Of a DNA stretch of 64,000 nt, positions 1 through 12,406 are shown in pieces. The first letter of the stretch is position 1. Every line of letters begins with the position of its first letter. The stretch is taken from contig JAPEUI010000005.1 in assembly GCA_026025075.1 (NCBI GenBank), forward strand, positions 124,001 through 188,000, written 5' to 3'. The notes beneath the pieces are model-generated. The model had not been told where the DNA came from and searched no databases. It saw nothing but the letters and a program-made list of their open reading frames with translations. A program made the translations under genes and the position numbers. This DNA is from Vezdaea acicularis. Lineage: Eukaryota.

Positions 1-2
1 TT

Positions 3-164
3 ACTGAGCCTGTCACTGCAACCACGACCTTGCTGACGGGTGGCCTGACGGGTGGCCCGACGGCGACGGCGAAGGTGAAGGATGCCCCAGCGGCGGCGGC
101 GGGAAAGCGCAAGAAGCGGCATCTGGCGCATCATAAGCATCATGCGTATGCTGTTAAGGGGTAG
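3..164 (+). CDS. 3' end of a gene entering from the left edge; Thr/Ala-rich tail ending KRKKRHLAHHKHHAYAVKG*, as seen at the C-terminus of some secreted/cell-wall fungal proteins
   Basis: Open frame from position 3 (TEPVTATTTLLTGGLTGGPTATAKVKDAPAAAAGKRKKRHLAHHKHH...) to TAG at 162-164, followed by T-rich 3'UTR-like sequence. Confidence 0.5.
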   Translation, partial: TEPVTATTTLLTGGLTGGPTATAKVKDAPAAAAGKRKKRHLAHHKHHAYAVKG

Positions 165-644
165 TGGCGGCTGGTACTGGTACTGGTGCTCGTGCTTTTT
201 CTTTTTTTCATGCTCGATGGCGGTGGTGGGGAATCGCTGCCGAGATGCACTCGGGGCACCGGGAAAGGGGAAGTGGTGGGGCTGGATCTTTGATTCTTGA
301 ATATACAAGCTTTTTTCACACTAGCACTAGTACCGGCGTCGCGCAAGCGGAAGCGTAGGGTGGAGCGGCTTTTCTCATTTCATTTGGTTTCATGCCACTT
401 ATCTCTTTCATTCTGTACACAGATACCCTTTTTCTCCCCCTACCTAAACTTTCTTGATTTGCTGCAGGAGTATATACGTTGGAGATGGTAGTGAGATATG
501 GTAGGGTTTGCTTGAACTGGATAAGTCGCTGTAGAAGACGCATAAGGAGACGCACAAGAAGGAGGAGAAAGTACGCAATCACACCCCCACTTTCCCACAT
601 TTCCCCATCTGATTTGTGCATCTGCTCCCTACCCTACCATCCAA

Positions 645-1090
645 GACCAGTCAGTCAGTCAGTCAACCTGTACTTTTAAAAAGTGCATGCAAGCAAGTGA
701 CATTCCTTCCCCCCCCTTACGCCACAAACCACACACCACACACACACCCACCCCTCCTTCCCAATCCTCCCCCTCCCATCCTCACGTACCTATCCCCTAT
801 AACCCCGCATTTTCATCTATCTATATCTATCCCCCCATCCCCAGCAGGACCAACCAACCAACCAACCAACCACCCGAACCACCCGAACCACCCCGACCAA
901 ACCAAACCAAACCAAAACACAAACAAACAAAGCATACAACCTACTTAACTTCCTACACCCCCACCAACCCGTACTGTTGTGAATGGATACACACACACAC
1001 ACATACCCCCGAAAAAGGGGGAGATGGATGGGATGAATGGATGAATGAATGAATGAATGACTATGACATGATGATATGATGATATGAATT
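645..1090. repeat. Cluster of simple sequence repeats: (CAGT)n, (ACCA)n, (ACCAA)n, (CA)n, (GAAT)n, (ATGAT)n
   Basis: Directly visible tandem units between two convergent 3' ends. Confidence 0.9.
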
Positions 1091-1296
1091 TCTGGATGCA
1101 TGTACTACCAACCCCCCTACCAACCGCCTACGGAAAGAGATATGACATAAAAGATGAACGTGACGGGATGCAAAAAGTAAAAGTATGTATATAAGATCGC
1201 CAGCAAAAAAAGCGGGAGCTATCCTATCCCGTTCCATATGTGTTTTATTTTAATTTTTTAAATGCCAATATCCCGTGCCCTGTTTCCCCACCAAGT

Positions 1297-1385
1297 CCTG
1301 CCTCTGTCCTGTCCTGTCCTGTCCTGGCCTGGCCTGCTCTGCCCCGATCCGGGCTTGGGCCTGGGCCTGGCCTGGCGTGGGCTGG
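1297..1385. repeat. (CCTGT)n/(CCTGG)n pentanucleotide microsatellite
   Basis: cctgtcctgtcctgtcctggcctggcctg... directly visible. Confidence 0.85.
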
Positions 1386-1630
1386 GGTTGTTGCTGTGTG
1401 AGGAGAGAAATATTTGTTTAGGTTTCTGGGTGTTTGCTTGGTCAGGGTTAAAGGCTGATGTTGGAGAAAAGGGGGGGGCGGGGGGGTGGATTTTTAGGAA
1501 AGGGTGGATGGTGGGTTTGGAGGAGGGATGGGACGGTGGAGTGTGTGTCTCGTTGCTCCGTTGCGTCCCATCAGGCTAGCTCCTCACAACACAAACCCCC
1601 CCCCCCCCGATTTCTTTCCCCCCTTTCCCT

Positions 1631-3654
1631 CTAACAAACGACCCCCCTCCCCCCAACCTCCCACCCATCCCCCTCCTCAAACTCCACCTCCACCTCCACC
1701 CTCCTCATCTCCGCAATATCCTTCTTCTCCCAAAAGGCCTCGAAGCCCTTGATCAAGCGATCCGCCATGGCCCCCACCTCCTCCTCGCCAACAGCCGCAA
1801 AGCAGACACGGAAGAACGACCAGCCGAGCCTTCTCTGCTGCTGGGTTGGACAAAAGATGGTTCCGGGCGCGACGAGCACTTTCCACGGGTTGGCCGTGAG
1901 ATGCACCCACAGAGCGCGCGCGAGCGTCTGCTGCGGCACGAGCCCGTACAGCGGGTGTGAAGACAAGTTCAGGCGTAGCCAGACGAACATCCCGCCCAAA
2001 GGCCAGCTGAACTCGAACATCGGCACGCGCGAGATGGCCTCCCATACGTCGGTGCGGTCGCGCGAGTAGCGCTGCGGGTGCGAGCGGAGGGTGTGGCGGC
2101 CGGCGTCGAGGGCGGTGCAGAGGGTTTGTACGCGCCGCTCGTAGGAGCCGCGGAGGCCCGCGAGCCAGCGCACCCAGCCGTCGACTTTCCATGCTTTGGT
2201 TGTGGTGGTGCTAGTGGCAGCGTTGCTGCTGCTGTTGTTGCTATTGCGGCTATGGTTGGCGTCGTGGTGGTTGTCAGACCCCATGAGGAGCTGAGCGACG
2301 AGCGCTTGGACGAAGCCGGAGGGTTGCTGGGTGGAGACTTCGGTGATGCGGAGGAGACGCTCGATCATGGCGGGCTGGGCGGTGATCCAACCCAGCCGGC
2401 AGCCTGGCCCGATCGTTTTGGAAAAGGTGTCGAGGCGGAGGACGCGGCCGTCCGGGTCGAGCGAGAGGTACGAAGGCACGAGCGAGTCGAGAAAGGTGTA
2501 CCCACCGCTTTTGCGGTTGGGGAGGTCACTGAACTCAGGAAGGGGGAGGTTGTTGGCAGCGTAGGAGCTGGGGTATTGCAATGCCCAGTAAGGGTCGTCT
2601 TCGATGATTAGAATGTCGTATCTTTGGCACAATGAGTAGATTGCTTGGCGTCGCGCAACGGAGAGGATCCCGCTGGTAGGATTTTGGCCAACGCTGTGAG
2701 GGGAGTCAGTTGGATGAGTTTTTCCTCGGGAAAAAGAGGGAGACAGACGTCACAGTATACATCAGATGCGGCCTCTTCCCCTGCTTCTCGTCCCAATCTT
2801 CGAGCACGCGTTCTAGGCCCCCCTCGGAGTCCACCCGCATGCCTTCCGTGTCGACTTTGACGGGCACGATGGCCAACCCCCGGGGTCGCGCTGCCTGGAT
2901 AGCACCCATGTATGCAAACTCTTCACACAGGATCGCCGGTCTCTCTTCTACCGCATCGTGGGCCTCGTTCCACTCGTTCGAGAGCGCTTCGATGCACTTG
3001 GCAAACCCATCAGTAGAGCCGCACGTCATGATTATGTCGGGGCCATGCCTATACGGGCAGTTTGGGTGCATGTTCTCGCGCGTGAATTGGCGCACGAACG
3101 AGAAAAGGGGGGGATAGCCCTCGGCACGGCCATATTGCAGAGCGGTTGTAACATCGATTCGCCGAAGGTCATCAGCTGTGTCCGCGGACCGGGGAACGAC
3201 AATACGTTCACTCTGGGGCCCTTTCTTTCGATGTGATAAGGCGCCATGTGAAGTGCCCGAGGTGTTTCCAGCGCCGGAGCTCGGCTCGAAACGGTCAGGG
3301 AGGGACACTTGTGCTTCGAGAGTATCGAACGGAAAATACCCCGCGTTCGGCAGGCCTGTTCCAACAGTGTCAGTACACAGCAGAGGCACGAGAGGCTGGC
3401 GAGAAAAAAAGGATATGAGGCATACCTCCGGCAAGATTGCCGATTCCGGGTATGGAAAAGTACTTGTAAAAGTCCTTGATCTCGCTCTCATGGCGATTCA
3501 CCGTTGTGCGCGAGAAGTGGTGAGAGAGATCCAGCGGCCGGGGCCTCTTGTCTTCCACGTCTCCTTCCATGATGCGCTCGAGCATCTGATGGTATTTGAA
3601 GGGGACCGGAGAGCTGGAGCTGGGCGCAACCGCGAAACCTGCGAATTCCGTCAT
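1631..3654 (-). CDS. ARO8: Aromatic amino acid/2-aminoadipate aminotransferase (class I PLP enzyme), 3 exons
   Basis: Motifs LDLSHHFS, GNLAGGLPN, ALQYG, GQNPTSG, IIEDDPYW, RLDTFSKTIGPGCRLGW (PLP lysine), GGMFVW; introns 3356-3425 (GTATGC..CAG) and 2694-2748 (GTCTGT..CAG) join the ORF pieces in frame. Confidence 0.9.
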
Positions 3655-4281
3655 TACAATGCCGTGGTGGAGAGCTTGCGATAAGGGCAGATCCCTGCGA
3701 GCTTGTCTTACTTACAAGGCGGACCCCGTCCAATCGGGACGCTAGTATGGACAGCCGGACCAGATGCTACGGCTGAGAAACCATCACCTCTTGTTGTTGT
3801 GCGCTGCACTCGGGCTCGATGTGCTCTCGAGATGCTTTTTGGTTTTATCAGATGCAGCCTGCATGGCGATAGGATGCAGGGAACGCGAATAGACTTCACA
3901 CAGGGTACTTAATCAACGTGGGGGGTGAGGGGGGATGCGTCCAGTGGGAGCCTGATCCGTGCACAGGCTCCTTCGGCTATGCCCCCCCCCCCGTCCTCCC
4001 ACCATCGGGGGGGCAGCCTCAACAATGTGACGGATCCCGTTGATACTGGGCGTCCACGAAGCATGTGGAGCTGATATAAACGGCACTGATAGATGTGGAT
4101 ATGGCCCAGCTGATGCACGATTGCACCGGAGGGAGTCTTGCGTGATGACCTATGCGTTCATGCCACATCCTGTGCTACTCTATGCCATCGAGCATTCGTC
4201 AGCTCGTCTCATTCAAATGACTAATCCAAACACCCCCTCTATATGCACCTTCGGCCGTGTCTTCTTTCAGCCAGCCACGGC

Positions 4282-6237
4282 TTATGCAAAACTGGGGCCT
4301 TCCTCCATCTCTCTCCAGGATCCGTCGCCCTCCCAGACTCCAGCCTTAGTATAGTCTCCCGCTCCACTCCCCAGCAGCAGTCCGAATCTGAAGTAATAAT
4401 TCCTCTCATCGTTCGACCTCCGGGTGAACGTCCACTCGTTCAGATCATACCCTTCATAGCTCCTCCAGCGCTCGACGTCGTTTACTAATACGCTGGTACC
4501 CTCCCAACCCCTAGGCGGAGGCTCCCAACTGAAGGTGATGTTATCCGCATACGCCACAGGCGCGTGTAATATCGGCAGCGGGCTGAAGAACTGCCCGTCT
4601 CCCTGCAACGCCGCGGGCGTCTGCAAGATACTGTCGAATCCCCAGCGCGCAACGCCGTTGATGAAGAACCCCACCAGCAGCCCTTGATAGATGAGGCTTG
4701 GCCGCGTCTGAAGCGCCGTGCCTGGAAGGAGGAGAAGTGCAAGGATATAATGGTGGATGCGCAGATTCAGCCCCGGAACAGCAACGAAGATCAGCAGAGT
4801 GCCGCAGATAAGCGCGTACAGCGCCAGATACCGGGGCAGCTTCCCGGCCAGGCGCAGGGCGTATATCTGGCCAAAGACGATTAGCCAGATGACGGTCACG
4901 ATGATGGCCAACGCGGCTTTTGCGCCGGGCTGCTGCGCCAGGTCGCGTGGGGTGAGGCGCGCTATAGGAATGAAATCGAAGGTGTAGTTCGTAAGCGCGC
5001 CAACCCAGCACATTCCGAGCCAGAGGACGGTCTTTTCAATCTGGGCTTCGAGACCGGTCAGCGCGGGGCGGATGCAATAGCGGTAGAAGACAAAGGCGCA
5101 GAAGCAGCCTGGGAGGAAACGACCGAGGATCAGGGATATGATATCGTAATAGGACCCTGCGTTCGGGGGATCCGAGGCGAGGCCCACGTGGAAGTACATT
5201 CCGATAAAGATACTGCTGAAGAAGATGGCAGGAGAGCGCGTGAAAAGGCTAATGAGGGCCGTAAAGATGACACTTACGGCCAGCAGGGGCCAGCGTAAGT
5301 CCTTGCATTCGGAATTCGTACCCTTGGCGAAACTGAAGGAAAGGGGGAAGCTGGAGTCAAAGGCCAGGCTCTCGATACCGTTCCGTTTTGTGGAAGGGAA
5401 CGAGTCGTGCGTCCCCACGAGCCTGACAACGCCGCATCCGCCTTTCGAGTTTGATACAAAACCCGAATGGATTGCGGAGGCGCAGATAAAGCTGTCACCA
5501 CGATAGATCCCGTCGCCGTCAAAGGCGTGGCCAGATGACTGCGGGCCGCCAATAACAAGAGGACGGTATTCGGCGTTCTGGTCGCCTACAGCATGCGGGT
5601 TCAGCTGTTGTGTCCTGCGACAGTCTGCTGGGCAGCGAAAGGCGAAAGTGCTGTTACTGAAGGGGCGGCAATTGTTACCGTCTATGCCGCAACCGTTGCC
5701 TCCAGCCCTAGAAGATGTTTAGAAGGGGGCCAATTAATGGGGGGAGGGAAAGGGGGAAATGGCATACCAGTAGCTAGCTCTGCATGATATCTGTCTTGGG
5801 CTTCCATACCCCTCGATGTCCCCAACAAAGATAGAATGGTGCAAGACGCCAACGAACGTCGTGAGCCAGATGAAGTAGAACGCAAGCAAGAGCAGTATCT
5901 TATGCTTCCTCTTGGGTAGAAACCTGTCTACAAACCGCAAGGGCGCATTCTGTATCGACGGGAATAATGGGTTGATCTTCAGCACAAGTGGAGGATCTGG
6001 ACCTTTAACCCATTGTGCTATTCCCGATCCCACCGTTCGAAGCGGCTCGGGTATTTGCTTGCGGAGCTCATGGAGCTTCCAACGCCTCGATGAGGGGCGC
6101 TGAGGCAAGCTATCATCGGCGTCGTCTTGTTCGCCGCGGATTGAGAAGGCCGAATAGTCTTCGGAGGTGTCGAGGAGACGGGTATTTTCGTCCGGCTCGT
6201 GCGTCAGGCCGTTTTCTTGATCATGACTACCAACCAT
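4282..6237 (-). CDS. LCCL-domain integral membrane protein, 2 exons
   Basis: Spliced product contains GIYRGDSFICASAIHSG...GGCG (LCCL motif) followed by several TM helices and LRIHHYILALLLLPGT; intron 5708-5767; first ATG at 6237. Confidence 0.85.
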
Positions 6238-7016
6238 TGGCACAACTGAGAAGGGAATCTATGATATATCCTGGAGACTCTGGCAATTGGTGAAGCTTGC
6301 TGTCTATCTGTCGCTGACCATTGAAGGCACCTCAGTTGATTATGGCGCCGGCCAAGAGCAGGTCGAGTACCCAAATCTTAGAACACTTGATAGTTTTAAA
6401 GTATACCAGTACAAAACGTCTAGAATGTAGAAGATACGCAAAGTGATACCGTGCGATCCAGTCGCGTAGCCGCTCAGATGCTGACGGTCAGGGTTGAGAT
6501 GCGCCGCAATACCACGGATTTGGCCCACCTTCGCCAAGCCGCGGGCTCGGCAGGATCCAATGCCATGCCGAACGCCTTAAGCTCCGTTATTAAGGTCGCT
6601 GGCAACTTTAACGACTTCTTTAGATTGGCTCTCTAAACGGACCTTTGGACGTTATCGTTATATTCTGTCATGTGGGATTGGCGGGGGCACTGTCGCACGC
6701 GTCCTTGCGTCCTGGCTGCCGGTTACAGTAAGGCGCGATTTATGCCCGTCAGAACTCAGTGGTCGATGTGAATCTCTACTTCGCCCCGGCTGTCCTCGAT
6801 CGACAGGGCGAGTCACCACCAGCTACGGCTCAGCTATTAGGCTACCACCAACTTCGATACCTCAATACAGCCTCAGTTCTACGTATGTCTGCCAGTTTGC
6901 AACTTCTCCGAGGTTCCACGGCGGTGACCAGGGATTGGGGGCGACGCCAAGCAACAGCCACCTTATCCAAGTTACCAACGTGAGCGTTCAAGAACTTACT
7001 CCTCTATGATATCAAG

Positions 7017-8313
7017 ATGGACTCTACGCCTCCAGATGTGATGGCAGAAATACCGGAAAAGAAGCCTTACGATTCCCCGCCAACTTACCGGATCGATCTG
7101 TCTTTGCCTCCCTATGAAAGGTACGCAAAGGTCGCGGCCGACTTTGGCCTTCAAATGCGCGACCTCACCTCTCTCTTCGACGAGGTGATACAATGCGTAG
7201 TACCTTGGGCGCCCATGAGGCCCATCCACGCGATCTCGCGCGCGATGCTCAGACGAGTATATACCCAAGAGGAAAACGAGGAGCTTCGGGGAATCGCAGA
7301 TGTGGCCGGCATAGACATGTATCTCCTCGTAGCCTTCAACGTGCTTCTAGACTCCTTCATGGGCTGCACGTCTGGCGGCGTACGAGTCAGACCAAGAGAT
7401 GGAAGTAAGAAGCTGGCATCTACGCGCATGATGCATTTCCGAACGCTGGATTGGGGCATGGATAGGCTACGAGATATGATTGTTATTCTGGAGTTTGTGA
7501 GATCGAGTGGTGGGGCCAGCAACATCGTCCTCGGACGGAGTGTGACATATGCCGGTTTCGTTGGGGTCCTTACAGGCGTCAGGTTCGCACTTTCCATCCG
7601 CTATCCAAGAACTCCTACTAACCTCAACATCCAGACGCGGCCTATCTCTCTCCCTCAACTTCCGTCCAACCCACTCCTGCTCCACCATCCGCCTCTTCAC
7701 GCACCAACTGCTCGTCCTCCTAGGCTTCCGACCCTCCATCGCCTCCCTCCTCCGCGCCTCCCTCTTCTCCGAACACTCTGAAGCCGTCCTCCGCAAACAA
7801 GGCCCGCCCCTCGACCTCGCCTCCGCCGTGGGCTCCTTCCCCTCCAAAAAGTCCACCGTCTGCTACGTCATCTTCAACGACGGCCACGGCGCCGTCGTCA
7901 TCGAGAAAGACCACACCACCGCCCAAATCCGCACTTCCTCCGACTTCATCGCCGCCACCAACCACGACACAATAGCCGCCGACGCCACCTCCAGCACGAA
8001 CACCCACGTCGGCATGTCCGCCCTCCTCGAAGAATCCGCAGAGCGATTAGACTATATCACGAAACGATGGACGACCTACCAGAAACGGAATGCGGCGAGA
8101 CAGAAGCTCGCCGCCAATGCGGGTACTGGTGCTGGTACTGGTACTAGTACAAGCCTAGAAAAAGCAGTCCCGGAAAGCATAATCGTCAAGTGGATGGGAG
8201 CGTATCCCATTACGAACGAATGTACGCATTTTGCCTGTCTGCTCGATCCCGAGACGGGGACGATCCGCTGGTTGAAACGGAGTCGGTTGGAAATGGTCTG
8301 CATCGATGACTAA
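7017..8313 (+). CDS. Acid ceramidase/NAAA-like Ntn hydrolase, 2 exons
   Basis: PPTYRIDLSLPP.ERY N-terminus, MG-CTSGG autocleavage nucleophile, HFRTLDW, TYAGFVGVLTGVR..LSLSLNFR, TNHD; intron 7583-7634 (GTTCGC..CTAAC..CAG); no signal peptide seen. Confidence 0.85.
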
Positions 8314-8654
8314 ACGCATTTTCCAAGGGGAGCAAGCATAAACCGGCGCCTGGTGGATAAATCTTGGGGATGGGGGAAGGGTGGGGGCGTTTCTGTATAT
8401 ACTTGTCCCTACTGGCGTGACTGGGCATGAGCGGAGCTTCTGGCGATATAAAGCAGTGTATATAACTCTCAACTAGTTATCCGAGATTCAATTACTACCT
8501 ACGGCACGAATCCGGACAAGAAAAAGGAGCTACACTGCCGCCAACACCGAACCCGCAGGAAAAAACACGAACAACCATCCGATTCCCCGCGCCGCCAAAC
8601 CCCATAAAACCGCAAAGACCCAAACCCGAGACGACACAAGAATAACCCAGACAA

Positions 8655-10196
8655 TCAAGCCATGACGGTATCCACCGCTTCCACCAGGATTGCCGTATCC
8701 CGCATCCCTCCCTCGCCAGCGAACCCATCCATTTCCGTCTCCGCATCCCCCTCGGCCTTCGCACTCTCACTCTCCCAAATCTCCAACTCGTCCTTCTCCG
8801 CCAACGCATCCAGGGTGTCCGGGAGCGGAATATCCCAGGGCGCGGGAAACGTCGCTTCAGCCACTTGCTCCGGGAGAGCGTCCTCGAGCTTCTCGACGGG
8901 GGACAGGATTTCCTCCTCGAGCAAGACCGGAAGCGGGAGGGAGGAGGAAAGGGGGAGCTCGCCTTTCCCGGTCAAGGGGCTATTGTCCACATCGTCTGCT
9001 TCTAGCGGCTTGATTTCTTCCGCTGTGGTCTCGCAAGCTTTTTCTGCTGCTACGGCTGTGACGGGGGCCTCGGCTGGCGCCTCAGCGTTGTCGGTGCCAG
9101 CGGGACTAGACTCATACTCGCCCTCGACCAGATCGCCGAGCGGAGCGCGCACGTCGAGGGATCTCGCGGCAGCGACTTCAACTCTGGGTCTCTTGGCGCG
9201 GGGACGAGACTGGTCATCATCGCGCTCGACAGTGACAGTAGCTAGCACGCCATCGCGGCTGACAGACGCGTTGGTGGTGGAGTGAGCAGGCGTGTTTGTC
9301 ATGGGTGGGACGTTCTCTTTGCCCCGATCGTCGCGCGCACGGATGCTTGATTCGTCGTCGGAGGATAGGTCGAGTGTTGATGTCGTGTGTTGCATCACTG
9401 TGGTCAGGCGCTCTTGTTCGCTGTCTTCGTAGATGTCGAAGAACCAGCCCCTTTTTGCGCCTGTGGTGACAGGGGCGGGGACAGGCGTCGGTGTGGGTGT
9501 TGTGGGCGTGTATGACGGGAGGGTTCCGCTCAGGGCGGCGTCGATGGAGAAGGGTGGGGCGGAGGCGGAGGGGAGGGATGAGGGGGGTGAGATCCGGGTG
9601 AAGGGTGAGGAGGTGGTACGGGCGCGCGAGAGGATCCCTATCCGTTTGCTCTTCGGAGAGCGTCCTGCTGGGGCTATGGAAGGCGTGTTGTTAGAGGCCA
9701 CGATTGCGCTTGGTTTGCGGGGGGAGAGCATGGGGCGATTGTGGATAGTGCGAGTGAGAGTTGGTGAGGATGGAGGAGCTGCCACGGGTGCGGATTTGGA
9801 CGTGTTGCTTGCAGTGCTCAGATAAAATTTCTTGGGTGTGTTCATGGTCTTTGAAAATGGCTGCTCGGAGCATCCTTTCGCTTTCTTGGATGGCGAGGCA
9901 AGCAGGCTCGGATCAACGTTCTCGCTGTCCTCGTTGCTGTAATCATCTTGGACATGGCGGCGTTTAGTTGGGGCGTTGAGCTTGGTTGGGATAGCTGTAA
10001 GAGTCTCGTTAGCATTCTAGTCGACGCGTGGTTCTCGGTAGATCTAGAAATTGCTCTCCGAGGGTAAAGGCAACGAAATAGTTGCTGGGAGCATACCATT
10101 TTGACGATTCTTCATGCTCGTCAAGCTCTGAAGTCGTGAGTTATCCAGCATGCCAAAAGGCCGCCTAGCGGGAGACTGAGGAGCAAGTGTCGTCAT
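8655..10196 (-). CDS. Disordered protein with ABBA, KEN and D-box degrons; candidate Acm1-like APC/C-Cdh1 inhibitor, 2 exons
   Basis: ATG 10196 (MTTLAPQSPARRPFGMLDNSRLQSLTSMKNRQN); intron 9995-10096 (GTATGC..CTAAC..CAG) joins in frame to ORF 8655-9845; motifs FDIYED, GKENVPP, RAPLGDL. Confidence 0.8.
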
Positions 10197-10599
10197 TGTA
10201 GTGAGATACTCGACTGGTGGATAGATGTAAGAGTCAATTTTGGTCCAGCTTTGTGGTGAAGCTACCAATTGGTATAGGCAGGGCTCCTAGAACAATCCCC
10301 GGTTGTTGTTGATGCACACAAAGCAGCACAACAGATCAACACAACAACAATTCAAACCAGCTTCCAAGTGAGGAGATATCCTATTGCTTTAAGAGGTGTA
10401 AGAAGCACGAAAGCAAGACTGAGGCTTGAGCTCGAAGACTGGGGACAACAGAGGGTAATATTCGAGGTCCGTTTCGCAAGCAAGGACAAGAGTGTGGCAA
10501 GGACCGGCCGGCAAGCTTGAAATGAATGGGCGAACACGGTCCGCAGCTGAGGAATGAGATCTGACGAGGAAACGGGCTCCTGCAGACTGGTGCAGGCAC

Positions 10600-10975
10600 T
10601 AGATACGCGTTGAAGCGTGTGTTGTTGGTGAGACGGTCCAATGGCGGTGCGCTGAGATGAGGATCGCGGATGTCGCCCTCCAGGCAGATCAAGGAGAGCG
10701 ACGCGGTCGACTGGACCGAACCGGAGCGACAACTGATGCGCCCGTCTTGAGGGATCGGACGTGGTGCCTGAGGACGCAGGGATTGCGCCAATGCGACGGT
10801 GTTCACGTCGTGTCGTTGGTCGGTCGGCTGGAGCTTGCGACGATTTCGGCCTAGAGCGACGCAGGAGCGCGCAAACGCTCAGCACGTCGCGTTCACGGTC
10901 AAGTCGCGAGTATAAAATGGGCGACCTCCCGCGTCCCCTTTCTTCGCGCACCCAATGAACACGATCCGCGACTGC
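10600..10975. promoter_or_regulatory. Cluster of MCB-like (CGCG-core) elements upstream of the 8655-10196 gene
   Basis: ACGCGT 10605-10610, ACGCGG 10701, TCGCGT 10887, TCGCGA 10904, CCGCGT 10929, TTCGCG 10943, CCGCGA 10966. Confidence 0.5.
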
Positions 10976-11150
10976 TCCCATGAGCCAGTGCTTTGATTGC
11001 CAATTCGATCGCCATTGGGGTCAGCTGACTCGTCGGATATGCTTGCCTGTCCTCGGCTTCGCTTCTGCACGCATTCAAGGCAGTTCACGTCTCATTCGGG
11101 ATCCATTGGCTGACGATGACCCTTTTTCTTTCAAGCAGCTCCCATTTCCG

Positions 11151-12134
11151 CTACCCATGAAGCCTCATGCGCTTCTGTACGTCATCCAGCCATGGAATGG
11201 CAGACTGCGCTCCATTACACTGGACAGTGATCGCTGCCGCTTTATTCGACCACTCAACCGCTTCACGAATATCGAAGCCGACGTCTGCAGCTGCTACCGA
11301 CGCGGCGTACATCCCGACGAATGTATCACCAGCCGCAGTCGTATCGACCACGTCCACTTTCTCTGCCTTGACCAGTCCGTACTCGCCTCCTTGAGTGGCG
11401 TAGAAGGAACCCTTGCTACCCAAGGTGATGACCACGTTGGGCGTCCCACGCCTGATGAAGCATTTAGCTGCCAGGTGAAGATTGTCCATCTCAAGATCCT
11501 CAACGGATGTTCCTGCTAAAAACGCAGCCTCGGATTCGTTGACGATGAGATGCGAGACCATTGGGTAGACATCGTCAGATAGTGAAACAGCGGGGGCTGC
11601 ATTCAAAATAACGGGGATCTTATGGGCAGCGGCCACCTTCAGGATCTGTACGACGGTGTCCAGTGGAATCTCTAATTGAAGTACGATGAGGCTCGGTGTT
11701 GGCGAGGGTAAGGTTTCGAAATGCTCTGGGCGTAATGTGTGATTTGCACCTGGACTCAGTAGTATCTGGTTCTCTCCCGTCTCGTCGTTGACGATGACAC
11801 AAGCAACACCTGTTTGAACGGGCTTCGGTCGTCTCAGAACATCCCCGACATTGACTCCATCTTTTATTAAGATCTCTGTTGCAACTTGACTAAAATAGTC
11901 ATCTCCCACTGCCCCAACCATGAAGACATCATAAGCCAATTCCTTCTCGGTAGGACCAATTGGTCTCGAGTGTGAAAGTCGCTGACAAGCGAGAGCTTGA
12001 TTTGCACCCTTGCCGCCAGCCCCTATCGTAAACGACTCTCCAGTCACTGTTTCCCCGGCTGAGGGTAGCCGTCTGGTTCGTGAGATGAGGTCGACGTTAA
12101 GTGAGCCAATGACTGTGATAATTTTGGCGGCCAT
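11151..12134 (-). CDS. RBK1: Ribokinase (PfkB family), intronless
   Basis: VIGSLNVDL, PSAGET, GGKGANQA, GAVGDD, LQLEIP, LNAAPA, VNESEA, VDTTAAGDTF signatures. Confidence 0.93.
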   Translation of the reverse strand: MAAKIITVIGSLNVDLISRTRRLPSAGETVTGESFTIGAGGKGANQALACQRLSHSRPIGPTEKELAYDVFMVGAVGDDYFSQVATEILIKDGVNVGDVLRRPKPVQTGVACVIVNDETGENQILLSPGANHTLRPEHFETLPSPTPSLIVLQLEIPLDTVVQILKVAAAHKIPVILNAAPAVSLSDDVYPMVSHLIVNESEAAFLAGTSVEDLEMDNLHLAAKCFIRRGTPNVVITLGSKGSFYATQGGEYGLVKAEKVDVVDTTAAGDTFVGMYAASVAAADVGFDIREAVEWSNKAAAITVQCNGAQSAIPWLDDVQKRMRLHG

Positions 12135-12406
12135 AGCTGTTGTACGAAGGATGGTGCCTACGGCGGGGTACCGCTATTTGATGATGGTGGGGGTATTTGG
12201 TTTTGAGGAAGCGAACTTTGTGCCCCTCAAATTCAAAAATTTGATATCTTAGGCCGATAATATCCGCAGATACTCATACAAATGCATACATTCTTCTCTC
12301 GAAAATCGTAGGGTTCATAATAACATGCAACTCCAATGACATGCCTACCTCACTGTAGCTGCAGCTAAATGACAGGCCTGCAATTTTATTCCCTTTGTCG
12401 TAGGAA

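Noticed and set aside
616..1752. Several 80-120 aa ORFs
   Set aside because: Translations of microsatellites and homopolymers in 3'UTR/intergenic DNA
8662..9825. Plus-strand Ser-rich and Gly-rich ORFs
   Set aside because: Antisense to the Acm1-like gene
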